From positions 61,938,001-62,002,000 of the forward strand of contig OX597833.1 of the NCBI GenBank assembly GCA_951406725.2: 64,000 bases of DNA, written 5' to 3'. The notes beneath the pieces are model-generated. The model was not told where the DNA came from. It saw only the letters and a list, made by a program, of their open reading frames with translations, and did not search any database. Each line of letters begins with the position of its first letter. Positions within the stretch are counted from its first letter, which is position 1. The position numbers and the translations under genes were made by a program. This DNA is from Octopus vulgaris (taxonomy: Eukaryota). Of the stretch, positions 50,201 through 61,324 are shown one piece after another.

Positions 50201-52176
50201 CTGATAGAATAAGTACTGGGCTTACAAAGAATAAGTCCCAGGGTTGAGTTGCTCGACTAAAGGCGGTGCTCCAGCATGGCCGCAGTCAAATGACTGAAAC
50301 AAGTAAAAGAGAAAGAGAAAAGAGAATCAAATAAATTAGTGCATGTGTTTATTGGCAAAATGTGAAGCTTACAATCGTGAGGCTGTGAGTTCGATTCCCA
50401 GACCAAGCTGCATGCTGTGTTCTTGAGCAAGACACTTTATTTCACATTGCTCCAGTTCACTCAGCTGTAAAAATGAGTTGTGATGTCACTGGTGTCGAGC
50501 TGCATCAGCCTTTGCCTTTCCCTCAGATAATATCAGTGGCCCTCATGCTGGTGGCACCCACTACACTCACGGAGTGGTTGGCATTAGGAAGGGCATCCAG
50601 CTGTAGAAACTTTGCCAGATCAGATTGGAGCCTGGTACAGCCTTCTGGCTTGCCAGCCCAATGTCAAACCATCCAAACCATGCCAGCATGGAAAGCAGAC
50701 GTTAAACGACAATGATGATGATAATGATGATAGACAAATAGATGTAAATCTCTCTTCTTGAGACAGCATTCACCTGGGGTAGGTTGAGCTGGCTTCATTC
50801 ACCCTCAATGCTGCATCTCTTACAAACTCCAACCAGGCCTGGCGATTTGAGGCTAACGACCACATGATCTCCAACCACTCCTTATTCCAGTGGTGAACAC
50901 CGTAGACATGGGGGCCTAGGTTGGGTTCCAGATCAGCCTTGACTGTCATCAGCCAGGTTTTTCGTTGTCCACCACATTGCTTTCACCAACCCTGAAGGGG
51001 AGCTGGGGCAATTGCTTCGTAGATGAATTCTCCTGGTTGATGACAGAGGGCATGACCCAGCCAACGCAGATGTCTCGTTAGGATGACTTGTCGGAGGGAG
51101 GTGATTTTGCACTGGTGTCGCACCGAATTGTTGGAGACAAAGTGATGCCATCGGACATGAAGGATGCAACGTAAACAGAGGTGATCGAAGGATTCTAGTC
51201 GCTTAATATCTTCCGCCCTCATCGGCCATGACTCGCTGCCATAAAGGAGAATCGTTCGCACTAGATGTAAACACACCAAGTCAGCTCACTATTACTCTAA
51301 GTTTCATCTCTCTCATCTCTCTCTACACACCATTATTAGTAGTTTCTTCTATATCATCTCTATTTACCTACTATTACCGGTAGTTCCCCCCCGTCTCTCA
51401 TTTATTTATCTATTCATCTTTACACAGTATTACTGGTAGTTTTCCGTCACCTTGACGACATTTCACGTTGGATGGCCGGCAATGTATGTTCGAGATGGTG
51501 GCAGATCCTCGATGCAGAAACTACACAAACCCAGTGGAAACATTTCATCAGCCTCCGTTGGCCTCTTTTCCGACCGTATTACAAAGTGAAGTGTTGGAAA
51601 ACGATATATTCAAAACTGTGAGTATTCTTGAAATCAATGCAAATCTTGTCATTTTTTTAATGTTTTACCAAAACCTCTCTGTTGTGGAACCTGGTGTCAG
51701 AAGATATGTTATACACAGGGGTTGTTGGTTTCAGTGACTAGATGTGACTTCAAGGTCTGTTGTTCCAGTGATCATATGTTCTTACCATACAGCACACAGT
51801 GGTATGTTGTGATAAGAAGCAGCGAGCTGGCAACTCCTCATATCTTCTGTGTGTATATATAATATATATAATAAAATTATTGTATACAGTGCTCATGTGC
51901 ACCACAATTTGTCAGAAAGTGCGTATAAAGCATATGCAGTAATGTACAAATGTCTGGAAAGCGAACAATGTATGAGTCAGATACATGCTTGTGTGTGTAT
52001 GGAGGGGAGAAAATCAGGTGTGGTGTTGGCGAATCTCAGAAAACATGGAAGTTTTGAAGGATGCAGTGCTCCGACAACTAACAACTGATGCCGGCAGTTT
52101 GTTCCATGATTCAGCAACTCTCAGCGTGAAAAAATGTTTCCGAAAGTCATGGGAGCTGTGCTGTTTTCTGACTTTG

Positions 52177-52208
<32 letters not shown>

Positions 52209-54881
52209 ACATATATATACATATATATATATATATGTATGTATATATATACATGCACACACACAAAGTCCATCTTTCTGTTTCTATCTTCTAGATTGAC
52301 TCACATGGTTTTGGTAGGCCCAGGGCTATAGTAGAAAACAATTTTCTAAAGTACCATGCTGGAACCATGTGGTTGAGAAGTAATCTTGCCACACAGCCAA
52401 GCATATCATCTTCATTTAGTTTCTGCTTTCCATGCTGGCATGAGTTGGACGGTTCAACTGGGGTCTGTGAAGCCAGAAGGCTGCTTCAGGCCCAATCTGA
52501 TCTGGCAGTGTTTCTACGGCTGGATGCCTTTCCTAACGCCAACCACTCCGTGAGTGTAGTGGGTGCTTTTTACGTGCCACTGGCATGGGGGCCAGGCGAG
52601 GCTGGCAACGGCCACGAACGGATGGTGTTTTTTATGTGCCACCGGCACAAACCACAAAGTCAGACATGCTTGTGAATGATGGCTGTGGTTCTTTGGTGTG
52701 TGTGTCATTGGATAAATATGTACCAGAACGTATTTTCATTTAGCTTAGTCATCTTGGTTTATCATTTTTCTCCTTTACAGACTAGAGAGTTCACCATGCC
52801 GTTATTGTTTGGAAAGTATGATGCTTCAGGTAACCGAAACTCCTTGTTTTATATATTTATTTATTTTATTTCATTTCATTTTTCTGTTACCTGGCCAAAG
52901 AAGTTTGGCACAGTTCCCTAATGATGTTTAACCCTTTCGTTACCAACCCGGCTGAAACCAGCTCTGGCTCTGAGTACAAATGTCTTGTTTTTATAAGTTT
53001 TGAATTAAAATCTTCCACCAAACCTTAGTCACAATTTATGTTCCTAACATTAGCTTAATGATAACTAAGTTATTTTATTAAATTCTTTGTTATATTTAAA
53101 ATAAATTGCAAGAAACACAGAGCATCTCAAAATAAATACGGTAATGAAAGGGTTAAAATATATAATTGAGAAGCAATTCTTAACCCTTTTGATACCAACC
53201 TGCCTGAAACCACTCCTGGCTCTGTTGTACAAATGTTTTGTTTTCATAAGTTTTTAATTAAAATCTTCCACCAAACCTTAGTCACAATTTATGTTCCTAA
53301 CACTAGCTGAATGATAACTAAGTTATTTTACTAAATTCTTTGTTACATTTAAAGTAGTTGAAAGAAACACAGAGCACCTCAAAATAAATACAGTAACGAA
53401 AGGGTTAAAGTTGTCTGCCCCACACTTGTGAGATAATGTGCTTGATCTTCAGTTTGGATATGGGTGAGGAAGGGTTAAGGTTAGAGTTGAGCATACTGCT
53501 GAGTCTGAAGGCTCATGGCTCGGTGGTTAGAGCATCAGGCTCACAATCATGAGGTAGTGAGTTCGATTCCTGGACCGGGCTTTGTGTTTTGTTCTTGAGC
53601 AAGACACTTTATTTCATGTTGCTCCAGTTGACTCATCTGTAGAAATGAGTTGCAACGTCTCACTAGTGCCAAGCTATATATGAGCCTTTGCCATTCCCTT
53701 GGATAACATTGCTGGTGTGCAGAGGGGAGGCTGGTATGCATGGACGACTGCTGGTCTGCAGTAAACAAACTTGGACTTGTACTTCAGAGAGGAACTTTCT
53801 AGGTGAAATCCCATGGTCATTTATGACCAAAGGGGGAGGGGTCTTTACCCTTTACCCTGAGAAATAAAAGTCAATAAAGGGAACAAGATGGGAAAGACAA
53901 AGCCTGGGTGTTTGAAGAGCATTTAGATAATTAACGAAGAGGAGCTTTCCATGCTAGCATGGGTTGGACGGTTTGACTGAGGACTGGCGAACCAGATGGC
54001 TGCATCAGGCTCCAGTCTTGATCTGACAGAGTTTCTACAGATGGATGCCCTTCCTAACAACAACCACTCCGAGAGTGTAGTATTGGATGTTTTACGTTCT
54101 GAGTTCAAATTCCGCCGAGGTCAACTTTGCCTTTCATCCCCTTGGGGTCGATAAATAAAGCACCAGTTTCGCATTGGGTCGATGTAATCAACTTAATCCC
54201 ATTGTCCTTGTTTGTCCCCTCTATGTTTAGCCCCTTGTGGGTAGTAAAGAAATATATAATAATAATGAAATTATTGTATACAGTGCTCAGGTGCACCACA
54301 ACTTGTCAAAAGTGTGTATAAAGCATAGGCAGTAATGTACAAATGTCTGGAAAGTGAACAGTGTATGAGTCAGATACATGCTTGCTTGTGTATGGAGGGG
54401 AGAAAATCAGGTGTAGTGTTGGCGAATCTCAGGAAGCATGGAAGTTTTGAAGGATGCAGTGCTCCGACAACTAACAACTGATGCCGGCAGTTTGTTCCAT
54501 ACTTCAGCAACTCTCAGCGTTTAACATCCCTTTGAAGGAATTAGGTCCTTATTTCTACTATATATATATATATATCACCATGACCAATGACCAACCAGAC
54601 TATCAGATGTTGCTACACATCGCTGGTCACAATGCGCTTCGCATTGTTTTAGCTTTCAAATGACGCCACCCCACTGGCTAAGCGAGCAGGCCAACAGAAG
54701 AAAGAGTGAGAGAAAGTTGTGGCGAAGGAGTACAGCAGGGATCGCCACGAGCCCCTGCCGGAGCCTTGTGGAGCTTTAGGTGTTTTCGCTCAATAAACAC
54801 TCGCAACGCCCGGTCTGGGAATCAAAACCACGATCCTACGACCATGAGTCTGCTGCCCTAACCACTGGGCCATTACACCTC

Positions 54882-54930
<49 letters not shown>

Positions 54931-55079
54931 ATAGAAGGAGCTTCTACAGGACTAGAACTGTTTCATTCAGATGAAAACAGTTCTAGTCCTGTAAACTCCT
55001 TCTATAAAATAAATTACTTTACTCTGCTATGTATTGAGTACCTTATTTACTGTGGTTAACCCCGACTCAACCCGGGACC

Positions 55080-55115
<36 letters not shown>

Positions 55116-55712
55116 TATATATACACACATACATACACAACAGGCTTCAATACAGTTTATTGAATTTCACTTATGAGCCATTAGTAAACCCGAGGCAATA
55201 GTAAAAAAACACACATACAAAGTACTGTACAGTGGGACGAAACCTGCTACTATATTGTTGCAAACTTCTTAACCAGCCAGCCTGCCATGCTTGTGTCTAT
55301 GAGACATTATAACGTTTAGTTTTTGTTTGTACCTGGCAGGTTTCTAAACCAGCATGGTCCATATGTAACACAGTAAGTACCTCTGTTAGCTTCCATGCTT
55401 TCTTACATAACACATGCTAACCAGTTACCTGACATGTGTTTCTAAACTGCTCAGTTTTCAAATTGCTATTATTGACTTTGGGGTTTTCTTTTTTTGTCTT
55501 TGCTAATTAATGATTCGCTAATTTTGTTCCAGTCATTTGACTGCGGCCATGCTGGAGCACCACCTTTAATCGAGCAACTCGACCCCGGGACTTATTCTTT
55601 TTGTAAGCCCAGTACTTATTCTATCGGTCTCTTTTGCCGAACCGCTAAGTAACGGGGACATAAACACACCAGCATCAGTTGTCAAGCAATGCTAGGGGGA
55701 CAAACACACACA

Positions 55713-55762
<50 letters not shown>

Positions 55763-58614
55763 TACGACGGGCTTCTTTTCAGTTTCCGTCTATCAAATCC
55801 ACACACAAGGTTTTGGTCGGCCCGAGGCCATAGTAGAAGACACTTGCCTAAGGTGCCACGCAGTGGGACTGAACCCGGAACCATGTGGTTGGTAAACAAG
55901 CTACTTACCACACAGCCACTCCTGCACCTAGAGACCGATAGAATAAGTTCTGGGCTTACAAAAAGAATAAGTCCCGGGGTCGAGTTGCTCGATTAGAGGC
56001 GGTGCTCCAGCATGGCCGCAGTCAAATGACTGAAACAAGTAAAATGAGTAAACTCATTATTTTCTTCAGCGTTTTAACATCTGACGGCAGGAGTGGAACT
56101 GGTCTAAACCAAATCTGATTCCACTCCCACTCTGTCTCTAATGCTGTCCCCTCTGCCTCCAGTACCAGCCACTCTGCTCTAGTGGTGACCCTTGACAGCA
56201 TGAAATGTAAATTTGACTTTGTTGGGATTTGAACTCAGGGTTTCAACCTGCATACACTTCACCATCATTTTATTTACTTCCCATTTACCAGAAGACACTC
56301 TTCTTCCTCTATATGAAAAGTGTATTTATGTGTGTGGGTCTGGGTGTGGATTTGAGCTTCTTCGACTGTTTCTGAGTAATCCAATAGGGCAACAGCCAGA
56401 AGCTTTATACATACGTCTATCCGTCCGTCAGATGGATGGACAGACGTTAAATGAGGATGATGATATATCATCATCATCATCATCATTTAACGTCCGCTTT
56501 CCATGCTAGCATGGGTTGGACGATTTGACTGAGGTCTGGCGAACCAGAATCCAATCTGATCTGGCAGAGTTTCTACAGCTGGATGCCCTTCCTAACACCA
56601 ACCACTCCGAGAGTGTAGTGGGTGCTTTTACGTGCCACCGGCACGAGGGCCAGTTTGGTGGTACTGGCAACGGCCATGCCCAAATGGTGCTTTTTACGTG
56701 CCACCTGCAGAGGAGCCAGTCCAGCGGCACTGGCGACGACCTCACTCGATATTTGTATATATACACACAAGCACAGTCTTTTCATATAAAGAGGAAGAAG
56801 GATTCTTTATTACCTCCAAGAGTATCAGTTCCCTTAACTCCTTTACTCACATCAAGTCCTAACCACTAAGCCATCACTTACTCCACCTCCCAGCATTAAT
56901 CTTTATCTAAATGCTCAATTATATACCATTTGCAACAAACCATTAAAGACATTTTCATAGTCTTCAGTACCTAGCTGCTTATGTACAACCTTTAAAGGTC
57001 TTGTCCTTAACCCTTTAGTGTTCAGATTACTCTGTTAATTGTAATATGTTTTTCATTCAAATTGTTTTGAATTAATCATGCATTATCTCATAGCTTTGCG
57101 GTTTCAATGATGTGATTGCTTATTTTTAGAATGTCAATGTAAGCTAGGTGTGAGAGGCTAGATATCACCAGTTTGAATATAAAACATGTAGAATATCTGG
57201 GCCAGATATGGCTGGTTTAACCCTTTAGTGTTCAGATTATTCTTTCAAACATAATGCCTATTGATTCACATTGATTTGAATTAATCATGCATTATCTCAT
57301 ATCTTCAAGATCTTGATGGTGTAATTACTTAATGTAGAATAACATTGTAGGGTAGGTGTGAGGGCCTGGATCTGGTCAGTTTGAACAAAAACAGATTAAA
57401 TTTTTTGGCCGGATATGGCCGGTTTAAATACTAAAGGGTTAAACACTAAAGGGCTAAATCAGACTACTAGGAACCCTTTTTGGGAACCTGTGCCCTACTC
57501 TTTTTGTCACTAATTCTTTTTAGTAATCACTTACTGCTTGTTCCTCATTTTTGTCATCAGCATCTTAGCTGTGTTCATCTTCTGTAATTGGTGTCTAATT
57601 CCCCGTCTTTGTATGTATTATATATAAAAACAGGTAGTTGTGTATTTGTTCAAACTGGCAAAGGGTAAGAAAAGCTTCAAGACAATTGGAATGAAACAAT
57701 GTTGTAGATACTTATTTCATTACTACCCACAAGGGTACTACCTACACAGAGAGGACAAACAAGGGCAGACAAACGGATTAAGTCGATTATATCGACCCCT
57801 GTGCGTAACTGGTACTTAATTTATCGACCGTTATTTGTCGGGTCTTCGCAGTCACAGCATATCTCCAGAGGTCTCGGTCTTTCGTCATTGCCTCTGTGAG
57901 GCCCAACGTTCGAAGGTCATGCTTGACCACCTCATCCCATGTCTTCCTGGGTCTACCTCTACCCTGGATTCCTTCAACTGCCTGGGAGTGGCACTTCTTC
58001 ACACATCTCTCCTCATCCATCCATAGTACATGACCTTACCAGCGCAGACGTCTCTCTTGCACGCCACATCCGATGCTTCTTATGTCCAGCATTTCTCTCA
58101 GGGCGCTTACACTCTGTAACTGGTACTTAATTTATCGACCGTTATTTGTCGGGTTTTTGCAGTCACAGCATATCTCCAGAGGTCTCGGCCTTTCGTCATT
58201 GCCTCTGTGAGGCCCAACGTTCGAAGGTCATGCTGTGAGGCCCAACGTTCGAAGGTCGTGCTTGACCACCTCATCCCATGTCTTCCTGGGTCTACCTCTA
58301 CCCTGGATTCCTTCAACTGCCTGGGAGTGGCACTTCTTCACACATCTCTCCTCATCCATCCGTAGTACATGACCATACCAGCGCAGACGTCTCTCTTGCA
58401 CGCCACATCCGATGCTTCTTATGTCCAGCATTTCTCTCAGGGCGCTTACACTCTGTCGTGTGTGCACACTGACATTACACATCCAGCGGATCATGCTAGC
58501 TTCATTTCTTTCAAGCCTACGCATGTCCTCCGCAGTCACAGCCCATGTTTCACTACCGTGAAGCATGGCAGTTCGCAGACATGCGCCGTACAATCTACCT
58601 TTCACTCTGAGCGT

Positions 58615-58663
<49 letters not shown>

Positions 58664-59880
58664 TCTTTTTTATCTGCAGAGCACACCTCCTATCAAAGAG
58701 AATTCCTGGCGTCACAGAAGATTACGAAGTGAATTGAAGACCTTAAAGACAGACCCACCTGAAGGTATTCAAGCAACACCATTAGACCAAAACTGCTGCC
58801 ATTGGCAGGCTTCAATCACTGGACCCCAGGGAAGTCCATATGAAGGCGGTCAGTTCTTATTGTACCTACAGATTCCAGACAGGTGAGTTGAAACATTTCT
58901 AGGACATTCTTTTATATCATAATATCAGATTTATAATGAATGCTGTTGTTTAGTCCTGACCATGTGGATCTATGACCAAAGACATTCCAACTGTGACTAT
59001 CCCGTCTTTAATTCGGGCATAGCATATCTGGGAGCACAGTATCTAATGTACAGTATAGTAATTAAAATGAGTGGCTATAATTGTTTTTTTTTGTTGTTGT
59101 TGTTTAGCCCTGGGTCAATCCTGGTCATGTGAACCTCTATTCAAAGGTGTTCCAACTGTGAACACAGTGCAGTTGTTTAGCCCCCAAGTCAATTCTGATC
59201 ATGTAGATCTAAGCTCTGTATTCCTACCATGACCATCACTTTTGTATAGATGGTTATTATATATAAGACATATTGTGAAGGCACGTGGCTTAGTGGTTAG
59301 GGTATTCCGTTCGCAATCATAGGGTCGCAAGTTCGATTCCTGGTGGTGTGTTGTGTTCTTGAGCAAGACACTTCATTTCACATTTCACACACAATATACT
59401 CTTTACTTTTACTTGTTTCAGTCATTTGACTGCGGCCATGCTGGAGCACCGCCTCTAGTCGAGCAAATCGACCCCGGGACTTATTCTTTGTAAGCCCAGT
59501 ACTTATTCTATCGGTCTCTTTTGCCGAACCGCTAAGTGACGGGGACATAAACACACCAGCATCGGTTGTCAAGCAATGCTAGGGGAACAAACGCAGACAC
59601 ACAAACACATACACACACATACATATATCATCATCATCTAACGTCCGCTTTCCATGCTAGCATGGGTTGGACGGTTCAACTGGGGTCTGGGGAGCCCGAA
59701 GGCTGCACCAGGCCAGTCAGATCTGGCAGTGTTTCTACAGCTGGATGCCCTTCCTAACGCCAACCACTCCGAGAGTGTAGTGGGTGATTTTATGTGCCAC
59801 CGACACAGGTGCCAGACGAGGCTGGCGAACGGCCACGCTCAGATGGTGTTTTTATGTGCCACCGACACAGGTGCCAGACA

Positions 59881-59911
<31 letters not shown>

Positions 59912-60674
59912 TATACGACAGGCTTCTTTCAGTTTCCGTCTACCAAATCCACTCGCAAGGCATTGGTCGGCCCGGGGCTATAGCAGAAGACACTTGCCCA
60001 AGATGCCACGCAGTGTGACTGAACCCGGAACCATGTGGTTGGTTAGCAAGCTACTTACCACACAGCCACTCCTGTGCCTCTGTGTGTGTGTGCTAGGTTT
60101 CTTCCAGTTTCCATCTACAAGGCTTTGGTCAGCCTGTGGATATACACTTGCTCAAGATGCCACATGGTGGAACTGAATCGAAGACCACATGGTTGGGAAG
60201 CAAACTTCTCGACCACGCAGCCATACTATTAAGTATTCATCTAACCCATGCTGACATAGCAAAATGAACATAAAGCAAATGAACGCATGTGTGTGTATGT
60301 GTATGTGTCTCTTTCTATTGTCATTATATCTTACAGTGTTTCTCCATCTGTTTTTTTTTTCCAGTTACCCCATGAAACCCCCAAAAGTGCGTTTTATCAC
60401 GAAAATATTCCATCCCAACATCAGCCGCCACGGAGACATCGGTCTTGATTCTATTCACCACAACTGGAGTCTGGCATTGACTATTTCCAAAGTTCTCATT
60501 AGCATCCAGTCCCTGTTGACCGATCCTTACTGCCACGTGTGTATGGAGCCAACGATCGGTCGACTTTACGTGAGCGGCCGACAGGAGTTTGAGCGGATTG
60601 CCCGGCTGTGGACCTGGAAGTATGCCATGCACGACTATCTCATGCCAACTGACATAAATATGAACGGATTGTGA
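43023..60674 (+). CDS. morgue: Morgue-like protein (C4 zinc finger, F-box, Cys-to-Gly variant E2 domain), 7 exons, 386 aa
   Basis: Spliced CDS of 72+132+205+190+49+203+310 = 1161 nt, in frame. Contains CSMC-x12-CGTC, F-box LPPEVLLVVFRHLDDISRWMAGNVCSRW, and a UBC domain with HPNISRHGDIGLD (Gly at the catalytic Cys position). This architecture defines Drosophila Morgue. Confidence 0.92.
46386..46854. mobile_element. Tandem pair of TTAA-flanked MITEs (piggyBac-like CCC...GGG ends)
   Basis: TTAA|CCCTTT...AAAGGG|TTAA units at 46386-46605 and 46637-46854. Confidence 0.82.
47085..47673 (-). repeat. Triplicated SINE family B
   Basis: A unit of about 180-190 bp (cacaaggggct...gcagacgaaa) occurs three times head-to-tail, with one tRNA head. 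Confidence 0.85.
47953..48185 (-). mobile_element. tRNA-derived SINE family B (Meta-domain-like core; representative copy)
   Basis: GGCGGCGAGCTGG...GAGTTCAAATTC head plus a CATCCTTTCGGGGT core. Many copies, e.g. 5761-5993(+), 9930-10157, 30376-30595, 40920-41096. Confidence 0.85.
48414..48545 (+). CDS. morgue: morgue-like exon 2 (zinc finger)
   Basis: Long pyrimidine tract, CAG|TAC; YPTCSMCSGFYSNNFGQPICGTCHLFLF...YTE; GTAAGT donor. Confidence 0.9.
49687..49891 (+). CDS. morgue: morgue-like exon 3
   Basis: KADSDDSGNEEPD...LVDSLPPE (start of F-box); phase 1 donor. Confidence 0.9.
50760..51275 (-). mobile_element. RTE-clade LINE 3' fragment
   Basis: LVRTILLYGSESW...RLESFDHLCLRCIL...LRWLGH motifs of the post-RT region of RTE elements. 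Confidence 0.85.
51428..51617 (+). CDS. morgue: morgue-like exon 4 (F-box)
   Basis: (V)LLVVFRHLDDISRWMAGNVCSRWWQIL...RWPLFRP...WKTIYSK; absent from the ORF track in this frame; CAG acceptor, GTGAGT donor. Confidence 0.9.
51878..52177 (-). mobile_element. CR1/L2-clade LINE 3' end
   Basis: FRKHFFTLRVAESWNKLPASVV...FK motif; related pieces at 54265-54520, 11762-11838 and 41410-41480. Confidence 0.78.
52781..52829 (+). CDS. morgue: morgue-like exon 5
   Basis: LESSPCRYCLESMMLQ; TACAG acceptor, GTAACC donor; phases 2/0. Confidence 0.85.
52932..53404. mobile_element. Second tandem pair of the same TTAA MITE
   Basis: Units at 52932-53152 and 53184-53404 with the same spacer as the 46.4-kb pair. 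Confidence 0.82.
54926..55010. repeat. Inverted repeat / hairpin of about 85 nt
   Basis: ttttatagaaggag..tacaggactagaactgttt pairs with aaacagttctagtcctgta..ctccttctataaaa. Confidence 0.88.
57011..57453. mobile_element. Second TTAA MITE family: one copy with another nested inside
   Basis: CCCTTTAGTG...CTAAAGGG ends; inner copy 57221-57438 flanked by TTAA. Other copies at 22519-22739 (inverted), 62013-62231 and about 39005-39420. Confidence 0.82.
57830..58615 (-). mobile_element. RTE-clade LINE 3' fragment with tandem duplication
   Basis: LRVKGRLYGACLRTAMLHGSETW...RRLRWYGHVLRM...RGRPRKTW; the 3' part occurs twice. Confidence 0.88.
58680..58882 (+). CDS. morgue: morgue-like exon 6 (UBC N-terminal half)
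   Basis: RRLRSELKTLKTDPPEGIQATPLD...WQASITGPQGSPYEGGQFLLYLQIPD. Confidence 0.95.
60365..60674 (+). CDS. morgue: morgue-like exon 7 (UBC C-terminal half and stop)
   Basis: YPMKPPKVRFITKIFHPNISRHGDIGLDSIHHNWSLALTISKVLISIQSLLTDP...ARLWTWKYAM; ends in TGA. Confidence 0.95.
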
Positions 60675-60739
60675 AAATTTTCAGTTGCTGTCTACTTGCC
60701 TGCTTGCCTCGGTTGAACAAGGCCGATTACTAATAGACT

Positions 60740-60895
60740 AATATGTGTGTGTGTGTGTGTGTATTGTATGTATATGAATGTTTGTGTGTGTGTGAGTGTA
60801 TGTAAATATAAATGTGTGTGTGTGTGTGTGTGTAAATATATGTATCTATATATATATAAATCTATAGATATATACATATATATATATATAAATCT

Positions 60896-60926
<31 letters not shown>

Positions 60927-60979
60927 AATCTATACATATATATATAAATCTATAGATAGATATATATATATAAATCTAT

Positions 60980-61017
<38 letters not shown>

Positions 61018-61200
61018 ATAGATAGATAGATATATATATAAATCTATAGATAGATAGATAGATATATAAATCTATAGATATATATATATATAAATCTATA
61101 TATATATATATATATATAAATCTATAGATATATATATATAAATCTATCCATTTATTTAAAGTTGAGGCTCCACTCTGTCTCTACTCAGAGTTTTGCACAT

Positions 61201-61236
<36 letters not shown>
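60740..61236. repeat. (TG)n, (TA)n/ATCTATAGAT and (TTA)n repeats in the morgue 3' region
   Basis: Directly visible downstream of the stop codon. Confidence 0.9.
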
Positions 61237-61237
<1 letters not shown>

Positions 61238-61318
61238 TCTGGCCATCTTTGTGGAACATTGCCGAAGAAATTCACATAAGCAGGAGAAAAAAAGGAAGCC
61301 TCAGTTTTTGTACAAACG

Positions 61319-61324
61319 AATAAA
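61319..61324 (+). terminator. Candidate polyadenylation signal of morgue-like gene
   Basis: AATAAA about 645 nt after the stop codon, followed by a T/GT-rich tract. Confidence 0.4.

Noticed and set aside
60365-60674. Canonical active UBE2D-type E2, or a pseudogene
   Set aside because: The catalytic Cys is Gly but the frame, splice sites and upstream F-box and zinc-finger exons are intact, matching Morgue. A-to-I editing cannot restore Cys from GGT.
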